A stretch of DNA of 64,000 bases from Thermococcus sp. JdFR-02 (GCA_002009975.1 MTLP01000032.1:1-64000); one strand, 5' to 3'. Shown: positions 42,781 through 53,003, numbered from the stretch's first letter. A program made the numbers and translations. The notes: generated by a model not told the origin, from the letters alone.

Positions 42781-44262
42781 TCATCCCTCCTCTGCAAGCC
42801 TTGCTTCAATCTTTGGCATAAATACCTTGCCAAAGAGCACATAGAGTATTATAAATGCTAGTATCCATTGGAATATTACCGTTCCAGCGCTAAATACTTC
42901 GGTTGGCTTCCACCATGTCTCTGGATACCATGAAATTGATTGCTTTAACCACCATAGTAGAACTATAGCTATGCTTATTGGAGAGACGTATCCAATCATT
43001 ATGTCCCACCACTTGCCTATCTTAATATCTGAACCCCTGTTTGCAGTTTCTCTGTTCTTCTCTAAGCCTGTCTTCCACATTATTATTGAGAACACTATTG
43101 CACTAATTAGCAATCCTACACCCCAAACCCAGTCTTGGTTGTTTAACCAATCAAGGCTTAATGCAGCTGGGATTCCTATTATGAAACCTGCTATTGAACC
43201 ATAGAGTGCTGCTTTTTCTCTTGGAATTCCAAAGTCCACGATGTTCTTAATCAAAACCTCTGCAATAGCAATCTGTGATGTAAATGCTGCAAAGAACAAT
43301 GCTAAGAAGAACAATGTTCCAATTAATGCACCAGCTGGTATCTTGGGGAACAGCTCAGTCAACCAGATGAATGTTAAACCAACGTTACCCTCAGCATATA
43401 CATCTAATGGGTTAAGACCTAACAATGGTGCGGTAACTGCAACTGTTGTGATAACACCTAGACCAGCCAATAGAGCAGCACTTGTATCACCGAATCCTGT
43501 AATGTGAGAGTTCAAGTTGATATCATCGTTCTTCTTTAAATAAGCACTATACGTCAGATAGATACCCCATCCAGCACCAGTACTCCACAGGACTTGACTG
43601 TAAGCTTGAAGCCATGCCTCAGCATTTGAAAGCTTTGAGGGATCTACCTTAAACATGTAAGTCAATCCAACACCTGCTCCTGGTAATGTAATAGCCCTAA
43701 TTGCAATTACAGCTAAGATAATGAACAATGATGGCACTAAGAGTCCGGTAACTTTCTCAATTCCTCTTGCACCCCTAGCTAATGTATACCATGTGAATAT
43801 CCATACAATAACTGCAAACAATAGAGGTTGATAGCTTGAGGTGAAGGCTTCCCATGTTTGCAGACCCTTACCTGCAACATAAGTTCCATATATTCCCGTC
43901 AAACCCTTTGTGAAGTAAGCTAATGCCCAACCACAAACAACAGCATAGTAAAACATAATTGCTATATTGACCCAAGCCACCCATGCTCCAAGCCAAGCAT
44001 ATTTCTTTCCAACGTACTTAGCAAATCCAAAGATTGTACTTTTACCCGTTTCTCTACCTATAACACCCTCTGCAATCAAAAGCGGTATTGCTACTGTAAA
44101 CAGGGCAATGGTATACGGGATTAAAAAAGCACCGCCGCCATACATTGCCATCATTCTTGGAAAACGCCAAATGTTACCACTGCCAACCATTGCACCAATA
44201 ATGGCAAAAATAAAACCAAGCCTAGTTGCCCAACTTTCTTCGGGTTTTTTAATCTCCTCCAT
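42781..44262 (-). CDS. Sodium-dependent amino-acid transporter (NSS/SNF family)
   Basis: MVGSGNIWRFP, GGGAFLIPY, FAAFTS. Confidence 0.93.
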   Translation of the reverse strand: MEEIKKPEESWATRLGFIFAIIGAMVGSGNIWRFPRMMAMYGGGAFLIPYTIALFTVAIPLLIAEGVIGRETGKSTIFGFAKYVGKKYAWLGAWVAWVNIAIMFYYAVVCGWALAYFTKGLTGIYGTYVAGKGLQTWEAFTSSYQPLLFAVIVWIFTWYTLARGARGIEKVTGLLVPSLFIILAVIAIRAITLPGAGVGLTYMFKVDPSKLSNAEAWLQAYSQVLWSTGAGWGIYLTYSAYLKKNDDINLNSHITGFGDTSAALLAGLGVITTVAVTAPLLGLNPLDVYAEGNVGLTFIWLTELFPKIPAGALIGTLFFLALFFAAFTSQIAIAEVLIKNIVDFGIPREKAALYGSIAGFIIGIPAALSLDWLNNQDWVWGVGLLISAIVFSIIMWKTGLEKNRETANRGSDIKIGKWWDIMIGYVSPISIAIVLLWWLKQSISWYPETWWKPTEVFSAGTVIFQWILAFIILYVLFGKVFMPKIEARLAEEG

Positions 44263-44473
44263 ATGGCTTCACCTATACATCTAAGTTTTAAAAAGTTCAT
44301 CGAAGTATAATATAGCAAAATGATGTATTAAATTTTAAGTATTTATAGTTTTCCATGCTGTTCATGAAAATCTGGCGAAACTTTGAACTTTAAAAAGCTT
44401 AAAATGTCGCAACAAAGCTCCACTAACAGTTAAAAAATATTTCATAAAATAATGTTTTATAGGTAAAAAATAG

Positions 44474-45637
44474 TCATTTGGTATGAATTTCTACAATATC
44501 GCCATCTTCAAGAACGTGATCCGCACCTACCCTTTGTCCAGGAAATTTCACACTTTTACCCCATACCCTCGCATATTTAAAGTTCTTGGCAAAATCTTTG
44601 TGAATCCTTTTTGCCACATCTATAACTGTTGAACCCCTCTTCATTGCAATAGGCGGATACGCTGGATCTTCACCGGGAGATTTTGTAAATACTCTCATAA
44701 CATCTGCCAACTCATACAACTCTTCCTTGAGTTTCTCTAGATTTATTCTTTTTGCTGCTGAGAGAGGTATTATCTTGAACTTGTCGTTATATCTCTGAAT
44801 TAATCTCTCATAATTCTCCCTACTCCCCGGTGCATCACCTTTATTCGCTATAATTATTGCCTTCTTATAGACCAAACTTTCATCTAATGCCTCTGCAAAG
44901 TCTTCTAGAGTTATTGGCTCCTTCACAGTTATTTCAGCACTGTGTATTCTTTCCTCTCTAAGCATTTTCATGACTTCACTTATTTCACCCTTTATCCAGT
45001 CTTGACCATTGATGATTATTCCCCCACTTGGAGTTCTCTTTATCTCCACATTGGGTCTTCTCTTGTTCACCTTTATTCCAGCCCTTTCAAACTCTCTTAA
45101 CAAAATCTTCATCTGCTTAATTGGATCATTGCTTAGGTCAACTATGATAGCAATTGCATCTGCATTTCTAATGACACCTAAAAGTTGCGTTCCCATTCCC
45201 TTTCCTAAAGATGCCCCTTCTATAAGACCCGGAACCTCTACAAGTTGAAGCTGAATGTCCTTATAGGTGAGCATTCCCGGAACCGGCTCAACGGTTGTAA
45301 AAGCATATTCCTCAATTTCAACGTCCACTCCAGTAAGAGCTTTTAGAATGGTGGACTTACCAACATTTGGCAAGCCAACCAGCACAATTTGTGCCGCTCC
45401 CTCCTTTTTAACACTAAAAGAATAGCCTCCCCCTTTTCTTAAGCTTTGTTGCTTTTCAAATTCCCTTCTAAGCTCTGCTAACCTTCTTTTGATTTGAAGC
45501 CTAAGCTTCTCTGTTCCCTTGTGCTTTGGAACTGTCGCATACATTTTTTCCAATGCCCTAATTTTTTCTGGAATAGTTTTGGCATTCCTATACTCTTCTT
45601 CAGCTGCCAAGTACTCCGCTGTTACGTTGGTAGGCAT
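44474..45637 (-). CDS. DRG/OBG family GTP-binding protein with TGS domain
   Basis: VPKHKGTE, GLPNVGKS, FTT, NKGD, ARVWGKS. Confidence 0.93.
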   Translation of the reverse strand: MPTNVTAEYLAAEEEYRNAKTIPEKIRALEKMYATVPKHKGTEKLRLQIKRRLAELRREFEKQQSLRKGGGYSFSVKKEGAAQIVLVGLPNVGKSTILKALTGVDVEIEEYAFTTVEPVPGMLTYKDIQLQLVEVPGLIEGASLGKGMGTQLLGVIRNADAIAIIVDLSNDPIKQMKILLREFERAGIKVNKRRPNVEIKRTPSGGIIINGQDWIKGEISEVMKMLREERIHSAEITVKEPITLEDFAEALDESLVYKKAIIIANKGDAPGSRENYERLIQRYNDKFKIIPLSAAKRINLEKLKEELYELADVMRVFTKSPGEDPAYPPIAMKRGSTVIDVAKRIHKDFAKNFKYARVWGKSVKFPGQRVGADHVLEDGDIVEIHTK

Positions 45638-45791
45638 TTTATCACCCCACTCTCGCAGACCCTTTAGCTCTCGCCATTAGAACTTACATGATGAGAATTT
45701 TATAAAGATATGGTATCAGCAAACCTGAAATCTCTCTCAATTATCATCAAGTTTATATATTATTCCGAAAAATTTTAGATAAGGTGAGAGG

Positions 45792-46244
45792 ATGAGAGCT
45801 GGCTTAGATGATACTGACAAAAAAATATTAAGGATATTACAAAAAAATAGCAGAACACCTTTAAGGGAGATTTCTAAGGTCGTAGGGCTTGCAGAGTCTA
45901 CAATTTATGAAAGAATTAAAAAGCTTAAGGAACATGGTGTAATCCAAAAGTTTACTGTGATTTTAAATCCTGAAGCACTTGGATTCACAATGCTCTCTTT
46001 TATTTTAATTAAAGCCAGAGCAGGAAAATATTCTTATGTCGCAAAAGAGCTCAGCAAATATCCGGAGATTATAGAGATTCATGAAACCACTGGAGACTAT
46101 GACATGGTAGTTAAGATAAGAACCAGAAGTAGTGAAGAACTTAACATGTTTTTAGATCAAATTGGAGAAATTGAAGGGGTTGTGGCAACTCACACAATGG
46201 TCGTTTTAAAAGTTCATAAAGAGACTACAGAGCTACCTCTATAG
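45792..46244 (+). CDS. Lrp/AsnC family transcriptional regulator
   Basis: LDDTDKKIL HTH and TGDYD RAM domain. Confidence 0.93.
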   Translation: MRAGLDDTDKKILRILQKNSRTPLREISKVVGLAESTIYERIKKLKEHGVIQKFTVILNPEALGFTMLSFILIKARAGKYSYVAKELSKYPEIIEIHETTGDYDMVVKIRTRSSEELNMFLDQIGEIEGVVATHTMVVLKVHKETTELPL

Positions 46245-46337
46245 CGTTTTATTTCTCTTTTACCCATTTCTGTGAAGAAATGCTTATAAGCTTCCAATTT
46301 TAATATTTATCTAAACGTTTCAACTGAGGTGATTTAG

Positions 46338-46838
46338 ATGAAAGTTCTGTTTCTTTCTGCAGTCGATTTTGAAGATTTGGAATTAATATACCCCCTACAC
46401 AGAATAAAGGAAGAGGGACATGAAGTCTATATAGCGAGCTTTGAAAAAGGGCATATTACAGGAAAACACGGATATCAAGTTAAAGTTGATTTGACTTTTG
46501 ACGAGGTTAATCCAGAGGAATTTGATGCCTTAGTCCTACCCGGTGGAAAAGCCCCAGAGAGAGTTAGAATAAATGAGAAAGCTGTTGCAATAGCAAGAAA
46601 GATGTTTAAAGAAGGGAAGCCCGTAGCTTCAATATGTCATGGACCCCAAATACTCATTTCTGCAGGAGTGTTAAAGGGAAGAAAAGGAACGAGTACAATA
46701 ACAATTAAAGATGACATGATAAATGCTGGATGTGAATGGATAAACAGTGAAGTAGTTGTTGATGGAAACTGGGTAAGCTCAAGACATCCAGGAGATTTAT
46801 ACGCTTGGATGAGGGAATTTATTAAGTTGCTTAAATGA
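46338..46838 (+). CDS. pfpI: PfpI / DJ-1 family intracellular protease-deglycase
   Basis: FEDLE, PGGKAPE, ICHGP. Confidence 0.95.
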   Translation: MKVLFLSAVDFEDLELIYPLHRIKEEGHEVYIASFEKGHITGKHGYQVKVDLTFDEVNPEEFDALVLPGGKAPERVRINEKAVAIARKMFKEGKPVASICHGPQILISAGVLKGRKGTSTITIKDDMINAGCEWINSEVVVDGNWVSSRHPGDLYAWMREFIKLLK

Positions 46839-46972
46839 TTCCCATCTATTTTCCAACTTTTTTAACTTTTAACAATGGTAATTCTTATATAGGTGCATTT
46901 CGAGATTCTGTTTTAGAATGAGCATCTAATATATAAGAAGTGAACACTAATACTTATTTGGGGGTGTTAATA

Positions 46973-47425
46973 TTGGGAAAAAGGCTTTACAGAAGTAGAG
47001 AAGACAAAATATTCCTTGGCGTTTTAGGAGGAATTGCAAAATATTTTGACGTTGATCCTACATTGGTTAGGATTGCTTTTATAATACTGTGCTTCCTAGA
47101 GCCCGTGTTCATATTAGTTTACTTTTTGATGGCAATTGTTATGCCAGAAGAGCATGAAGAAAAGATATCTATTGAAAAAATACCTGAAAAAGCTGAGAAA
47201 CTGGCAAAAGAAATTGAAGAAAGTGCAATGAGAATTAGTGAGAGGGTGGAGATTGAAACTACTAAGAAAGACAACTCAAAACTTTTTGCGGCTGCCTTGA
47301 TACTTATTGGTCTAATGTTAATCATAAGAAGAACCTTACCCTGGACATTCTGGTTTTTGAGTGGGGATGTAATCTTAGCTTCAATCTTAGTGTTAATAGG
47401 CATATATCTCTTGGTTAGGGGGTGA
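46973..47425 (+). CDS. PspC domain membrane protein
   Basis: KRLYRSREDKIFLGVLGGIAKYF; TTG start after a GGGGGTG SD. Confidence 0.88.
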   Translation: MGKRLYRSREDKIFLGVLGGIAKYFDVDPTLVRIAFIILCFLEPVFILVYFLMAIVMPEEHEEKISIEKIPEKAEKLAKEIEESAMRISERVEIETTKKDNSKLFAAALILIGLMLIIRRTLPWTFWFLSGDVILASILVLIGIYLLVRG

Positions 47426-47429
47426 AAAT

Positions 47430-48314
47430 ATGGGAAGAATATTAGGAATGTTTTTCTTTTTCCTTGGAACGCTATTGCTGTTAAAAATCTTTTATCCTCA
47501 ATTTTCCTATTATCTTCTCCCTTATGCTTACTACATTAAGGAGGCATTCTTGGGAGTTGTATTAGTGTTCCTCGGCTTATATATTCTCTCAAAGAACAAA
47601 AATTGGAGAACAGCAGTTAGTATTGGATTTATCGCATACTTGGCACTTTTTCTTGTAATTCCAGACACAGATAACGAGTTTAACTTTGAATTTAGCTTTC
47701 CATTTAGAGAAAGAATAGAGGGTCAAACCACAGTAGTTGGAGAATTTGTCAACATATCACACATAGAGATGGATAGAGTGGTCGGCAATGTTAAAATAGT
47801 AAGTGTTGAGGGAGACACAATAAAAATAACGGCAAATTTTCCATTAAAAGCTGAAAAAAGAGGAGACATATTGGAAATTCAGTGTACAAGTGAATGTAAA
47901 ATTTACAAGAATAAAAGAGCTGTTATTGAAATAGGGAGAGAGCTAAACATTGAGAGAATTTCAATAAAAGAAAGTGTTGGAGATTATCTCTTAAAGATTG
48001 AAAACTCACTAAAAGAGTTAAACATGCAAAATGTGGTTGGTGCAATAGAGATTCATGAGATATCAAGTGACGAAATAAACATCTCAAACTTTGTTGGTGA
48101 CTTAAGCTTAGATGTTGAAAATTCAGAGAGCATAACACTTAGCGATGGAGTTGGGGATGTCACTATAACAGTTCTAGAGGACACAAAAGTGGAGCTTCAG
48201 CAAGGTTCCTCTCTATTGAAAATAAACACTGTAGGGGACATCTATGAAGGGTCAAAAACCTTGAAAATTTCTCTAAGCGACATTATTGGAACAATAACAA
48301 TTAAAAAGATCTAA
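47430..48314 (+). CDS. Membrane protein with DUF4097-like (Toastrack) beta-strand repeats
   Basis: Three TM segments, then repeated VVGNVKI / SVGDYLL / VVGAIEI / FVGDLSL / GVGDVTI units. Confidence 0.65.
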   Translation: MGRILGMFFFFLGTLLLLKIFYPQFSYYLLPYAYYIKEAFLGVVLVFLGLYILSKNKNWRTAVSIGFIAYLALFLVIPDTDNEFNFEFSFPFRERIEGQTTVVGEFVNISHIEMDRVVGNVKIVSVEGDTIKITANFPLKAEKRGDILEIQCTSECKIYKNKRAVIEIGRELNIERISIKESVGDYLLKIENSLKELNMQNVVGAIEIHEISSDEINISNFVGDLSLDVENSESITLSDGVGDVTITVLEDTKVELQQGSSLLKINTVGDIYEGSKTLKISLSDIIGTITIKKI

Positions 48315-48340
48315 AGAATCAATTAAACTCGTGAAAGATC

Positions 48341-49231
48341 ATGGAAACGTGGAAGATAATAAAATCTCTAACCTTAGGAGCACTGCTTGAAGCTACAATA
48401 CCAAAACCAGGAAATGTAAACCGCTTTAGAGACTTTTATGACCTAACTTTTTATCATTTTCTCTTTGCAGATATTTGGATTGTTGATATTCTCTATGAAG
48501 CGGTTAGGGTTGGTTATCTTATACGAAGAGGAAAGCTGAACCCCAATGAAGCCCGCATTGGGGAGCTAATCAAAAGAGCAGTTCAAAATTCAAGGCAAGT
48601 GCAAAACCATAATCCTAATTTTGGAATAATAACGTTGCAAATACCCTTAGCAATAGCCTTGGGATACTCAAGAGATATTAAAGAAGCGAGAGAAGTCGTT
48701 AAACGCTTGATAGATGAATCAACAGTAAACGACACCATAGAATTTTATAAAGCGATAAGAATTGCAAATCCAAAGGGCATTCCGAGCGGAGTGAAATACG
48801 ATGTGTATAATGAGAAGGTCTTTGATGAGCTTTTTAGAGATAAGATTAATTTAAAACGCTTAGCTGAAATCAGCTGCGAAAGGGAGTTAATATTTAAGGA
48901 ATGGTTAAACGGTTATGAGCTCAGCTACAAAACATTTCTAAGGCTTTTAGAACTCACAAAAGAATCTTCCCTTGAAGAAGCAACCATACGGACTTTTTTA
49001 GAGCTTCTTTCAGAAAACATGGACACGCTGATTATTAGGAAAGCGGGAGAAGAGGAGGCTAAACTTGTTAAAGAAAAAGCAAAAGAAGTATTAAAAGGAA
49101 AGCTTGAATTGGAGGAATTTGATAAATTTTTAAGAGAAAAAGGGGATTTAAGAAACCCTGGGAGTTTAGCAGATATAATGGCAATTGCTCTGGGTTTGTT
49201 GCTTCTAAAGGGATACACTCTTAATCTTTAA
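48341..49231 (+). CDS. CitG family triphosphoribosyl-dephospho-CoA synthase-like protein
   Basis: PKPGNV, DTLIIRKAG, NPGSLAD. Confidence 0.88.
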   Translation: METWKIIKSLTLGALLEATIPKPGNVNRFRDFYDLTFYHFLFADIWIVDILYEAVRVGYLIRRGKLNPNEARIGELIKRAVQNSRQVQNHNPNFGIITLQIPLAIALGYSRDIKEAREVVKRLIDESTVNDTIEFYKAIRIANPKGIPSGVKYDVYNEKVFDELFRDKINLKRLAEISCERELIFKEWLNGYELSYKTFLRLLELTKESSLEEATIRTFLELLSENMDTLIIRKAGEEEAKLVKEKAKEVLKGKLELEEFDKFLREKGDLRNPGSLADIMAIALGLLLLKGYTLNL

Positions 49232-49505
49232 TCACCCTTATTCTCTTTGCTCCCCCCAATCCAATTCCAATTTGCTTTGTATCAAGGACAAGGGCATCTT
49301 CTCCAAGTTCTTCAAGGATTTTAACCTTTAAACCAGAAATCTCATTTACTCCCTCATCACCACCAAATTCTCCATCAACTTGAGCTTTGAAAAAGTCATA
49401 AGCCTCTTTACCAAACAAAACCAAATCTGGCTCAAAGCCTTCCATCTTAAGCTCGTTGGCTTTTTCCTCAACAGCACTTAAAACCCTTATCAGGTCTCCT
49501 CTCAT
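49221..49505 (-). CDS. DUF1884 / family 4B (A-domain) encapsulin protein
   Basis: ELKMEGFEPDLVLFG and GLKVKILEELGEDA; directly downstream of OsmC. Confidence 0.75.
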   Translation of the reverse strand: MRGDLIRVLSAVEEKANELKMEGFEPDLVLFGKEAYDFFKAQVDGEFGGDEGVNEISGLKVKILEELGEDALVLDTKQIGIGLGGAKRIRVIKD

Positions 49506-49576
49506 AGTATCACCTTAATAGTTCCTAGATCATGAAGAATACTTAAAACTTTTCATGAAAAAAGTAAGAGGAGAAC

Positions 49577-49972
49577 CTAATCCTTAATTATCTCATAGCT
49601 GTAAGTCACTTCCGTTCCGCTCAACTTCAAATGAGCTGAGGCAGAACAGTATTTATCTTGGCTTAATTTTATTGCCCTCTCAGCTTTTTCAGGCTTTACA
49701 TCACCATATATCTTGTAATGTATGTGGGCTTTTTTGTAAATTCTTGGATATTCCTCTCTTCTTTCCCCCTTTATTTCAATTTCTAAGCCTTCTATTGGCT
49801 CCTTCATCTTTTGGAGAATCATGACAACATCAATTGCCGTACATCCAGCTACCGATAAAAGCAAAGTCTTCATTGGGGAAATTCCGTTTTCACCGAAGAT
49901 TATCTTCCCTCCCTCTTCAACTTGAGCCTCAAATTTTCCGTTTCCTAACCATACTACCTTTCCACCTATCAT
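49577..49972 (-). CDS. OsmC family protein
   Basis: SPMKTLLLSVAGC and KYCSAS. Confidence 0.92.
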   Translation of the reverse strand: MIGGKVVWLGNGKFEAQVEEGGKIIFGENGISPMKTLLLSVAGCTAIDVVMILQKMKEPIEGLEIEIKGERREEYPRIYKKAHIHYKIYGDVKPEKAERAIKLSQDKYCSASAHLKLSGTEVTYSYEIIKD

Positions 49973-50031
49973 CGAATCACCATATGATGTTCACAGTAAG
50001 TGTTTTTAATCACTTTGCTTTAGATGAGAGC

Positions 50032-50877
50032 ATGAGTTACATCAGACCTTTTGACCCATGGAAATCAAAGCTCTGCACATGCCCCTTCAAATACACTTTA
50101 AACGTTTATACCGGATGTGACCATGCTTGCATTTACTGTTATATAACCTCTTACATCCCTAAAGCCTTTAAGGTTAGAATTAAGGAGAATTTGCTCCTTG
50201 AAATTGAAAGAGAGCTTAGAAAGCTTAACAAGCGCTTTATTGTATCACTTTCATATTCCTCTGATCCATACCCCACAATAGAGAAACAATTAGGAATAAC
50301 AAGAAAAGCTCTCCAACTTTTTCAACAATACAACGTTAGATGCATGATTTTAACAAAGTCCGATATTTTTGAAAGAGATCTTGACATTTTAAAAAATTTA
50401 AAGTGTGCAGTTGGAATAACTGTCACAACACTAAATGAAGATATAGCAAAACAGCTTGAACCAAATGCCCCTTTGCCAGAAGATAGAATAAAAGCCCTTA
50501 AAAGTGCAAAAAAAGCGGGAATACCTATCTATGCAAGAATTGACCCGATAATTCCATATCTAACATGGGATGATTTTGAAGAGACAGTAAAAGCCCTAAG
50601 CTTTGTCTCTCACATAACTGTCTCAACTTTGAAACTTCGCCCAGATTCTTGGAAAAGAATGAAAGCAAAGTTCCCAGAGGTTATGGAGAAACTTGAGCCT
50701 TTGTATAAGAAAAATAAGCCAATTGGCGGTTATTATTACTTGCCAAAAGAACTTAGATTAAAAATACTAAAAGAAGCCGAGAATATAATAGAGAGCAAAG
50801 GGATAACCTTTGGTTCCTGCAGGGAAGGATATCACTCATATCCTACGTGTGATGGCTCTCATCTGGTTCCTCTGTAG
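50032..50877 (+). CDS. SPL-like radical SAM protein
   Basis: NVYTGCDHACIYCY, SDPY, LTKS. Confidence 0.87.
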   Translation: MSYIRPFDPWKSKLCTCPFKYTLNVYTGCDHACIYCYITSYIPKAFKVRIKENLLLEIERELRKLNKRFIVSLSYSSDPYPTIEKQLGITRKALQLFQQYNVRCMILTKSDIFERDLDILKNLKCAVGITVTTLNEDIAKQLEPNAPLPEDRIKALKSAKKAGIPIYARIDPIIPYLTWDDFEETVKALSFVSHITVSTLKLRPDSWKRMKAKFPEVMEKLEPLYKKNKPIGGYYYLPKELRLKILKEAENIIESKGITFGSCREGYHSYPTCDGSHLVPL

Positions 50878-51628
50878 GAGTCTCTTCTACATTCTTCTCT
50901 TTGATTCTCTCAGCTTCTTTTACGAGACCCTCAAATAGAGGAAGCATATCTTTCAAATATTCTGCATGCCATTGGATTCCAATAACAAACTTATCCTGCA
51001 TTTCAATCGCTTCAATAATCCCATCACTTGCGTAGGCAACAGGTTTTAAACCGTTTCCTAACTTTTTAATCGCTTGATGATGAAAACTGTTAACCATCAA
51101 AAAGACCTCACTTGTACTCTCAACATCCAAGTTCTTTTTTAAGAGGTCAAAAAGCTTTGAGGTAGTCTTTATCCTAACCTCATGAACTCTGTAATCTGCA
51201 GGGACTAAATACTTCCCTTCCGCAAACCAATCATGTTTTATTGAGTGAGGTATATCAGCAGCTAAATCCTGATATAAACTACCACCTAAAGCAACATTTA
51301 TAACTTGTATGCCCCTACAAATGCCCAAAATTGGAATGTTGTTCTCTATGGCTTTTTTAACTAATGTAATCTCAAACTCATCCCTTAGAGGGGCTAAAGA
51401 TCTCAACTTAGCTGTAGCTTCCTCTCCATAGTATCTTGGATGAATATCCCCTCCTCCAGTAAGCAAAATCCCATCAACAATCGCTAAAACATCATCTACA
51501 TCTGCAATCGGAGGTAATAAAATAGGAATCCCGCCTGCTTCCTTGATCCTCTTAACATAAGCTTCTCTAACAAAGATTTTACCATCCTTCCAGTCATAAG
51601 CAGTAGTTATGCCTATAATCGGTTTCAT
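50843..51628 (-). CDS. Gamma-glutamyl-gamma-aminobutyrate hydrolase family (peptidase C26)
   Basis: LTGGGD, GICRG, NSFHHQ, QWHAE. Confidence 0.9.
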   Translation of the reverse strand: MKPIIGITTAYDWKDGKIFVREAYVKRIKEAGGIPILLPPIADVDDVLAIVDGILLTGGGDIHPRYYGEEATAKLRSLAPLRDEFEITLVKKAIENNIPILGICRGIQVINVALGGSLYQDLAADIPHSIKHDWFAEGKYLVPADYRVHEVRIKTTSKLFDLLKKNLDVESTSEVFLMVNSFHHQAIKKLGNGLKPVAYASDGIIEAIEMQDKFVIGIQWHAEYLKDMLPLFEGLVKEAERIKEKNVEETPTEEPDESHHT

Positions 51629-51710
51629 AATTATCACCTTAGTCACATTCTCAAAGAACACTATAAAAATGTTAAGTTAAAAATCGAAGAGAAAGAACTT
51701 ACACTAATCT

Positions 51711-52925
51711 CTAAAACTTATCCTTATAAAGCTCTGCCAGTCTCTTAATGCCTTCAGCAATCTCTTCCTTGCTTGGTCTTGAGAAGTTTAGCCTTATTGC
51801 ATTTTTACCGCTCTCATCAGTGTAAAAGGGCTTTCCTGGAACAACCACAACATGATATTTTTCCATTAGCTCACTTGCAAAGCTCATTCCATCAGCCCCT
51901 TCTGGAAGGAATAGCATAACGAACATTCCAGCTATGGGTCTTGTGAACTTAGCATTAGGTAAGCTCTCTTCAAGAGCTTCTATCATCACATCCCTCTTTT
52001 CTTTGTATCCTTGGAGAGCCTTTGAGTGATATTCCTCAAAATATCCTCTCCTTAGGTATTCCAACGCTATAAATTGAGAAATCGTGGGAGCACAGAAATC
52101 AATGGGCTGCTTTTCCATCAGAACTTTATCTAAAATCTCTCCTTCTGCTATTATCCATCCAATTCTAAAGCCCGTACCAAGAACTTTGCTTAAAGTTCCA
52201 GCAACTAAGACTCTTCCTTCCCTATCAAGAGATTTCAGTGATGGAATTCCCTTCTCTTCATATTTCATGAAATTGTATGCAGTATCTTCTATTATAAGAA
52301 GATCATATTTTGATGCTATCTCTAAAAGTTCTTTTCTTCTTTCTTCACTCATAGTAACTCCCATTGGGTTTTGACCTGTTGGAATTGTGTAAATGAATTT
52401 TATTTTCTTTTTCTTGGCTTTAAGCTCTTTGATTTTCTCCTCGAGCAGATCTGTTCTCATGCCATCTTCATCAACCAAAACACCTTCTACGCTTGCCCCC
52501 AACTGCTCAAATGCCAATAGAGTATTTACATACGCTGGATTCTCTGAAATAACGACATCTCCAGGCTCAATGAGAACCCTTCCTAATAAGTCGAGGGCTT
52601 CAGAACCCCCAACTGTAACTACTATATTGTCTGATGAAACTTTTATTTTCTCATATTTTTCTAAAAACTTTGCCAATTCTTCCCTAAGCTCTGGTATTCC
52701 ATTTGTTGGCGTGTACATAACAGACTTTGGGTTATTTTCAAGTATTTCCTTTGCCAATTCAGCTAAAACCTTTCTTGGGATTAAATTAGGACCAGGATCT
52801 CCAGCGGCTAAGGAGATTAGTTTTATTCCCTGCCTTTGGAGTTGGGATGCCCTTTTCATAACCTCTGCCAAGGCAGAGCCTTTAATCCAATTTGCCCTGC
52901 CAGATATAAAACGTTCGTAGTTCAT
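51711..52925 (-). CDS. PLP-dependent class I aminotransferase
   Basis: GQNPMG, EDTAY, SKVLGTGFRIGW, IRLNFS. Confidence 0.92.
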   Translation of the reverse strand: MNYERFISGRANWIKGSALAEVMKRASQLQRQGIKLISLAAGDPGPNLIPRKVLAELAKEILENNPKSVMYTPTNGIPELREELAKFLEKYEKIKVSSDNIVVTVGGSEALDLLGRVLIEPGDVVISENPAYVNTLLAFEQLGASVEGVLVDEDGMRTDLLEEKIKELKAKKKKIKFIYTIPTGQNPMGVTMSEERRKELLEIASKYDLLIIEDTAYNFMKYEEKGIPSLKSLDREGRVLVAGTLSKVLGTGFRIGWIIAEGEILDKVLMEKQPIDFCAPTISQFIALEYLRRGYFEEYHSKALQGYKEKRDVMIEALEESLPNAKFTRPIAGMFVMLFLPEGADGMSFASELMEKYHVVVVPGKPFYTDESGKNAIRLNFSRPSKEEIAEGIKRLAELYKDKF

Positions 52926-52956
52926 ACAAACCACCCAAATCAACACTTTAGCATTT

Positions 52957-53003
52957 AGATGTTCATCATCATGATATTAATATTTATCTATGATGGAACA
53001 TCT
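52957..53003. promoter_or_regulatory. Inverted repeat in the aminotransferase/AlaX divergent promoter
   Basis: AGATGTTCATCAT ... ATGATGGAACATCT (one indel) flanking an AT-rich core. Confidence 0.45.

Noticed and set aside
45688-45750. C/D box sRNA (ATGATGA...CTGA) between the GTPase and Lrp genes
   Set aside because: AT-rich, no internal D'/C' boxes, and it coincides with promoter elements.
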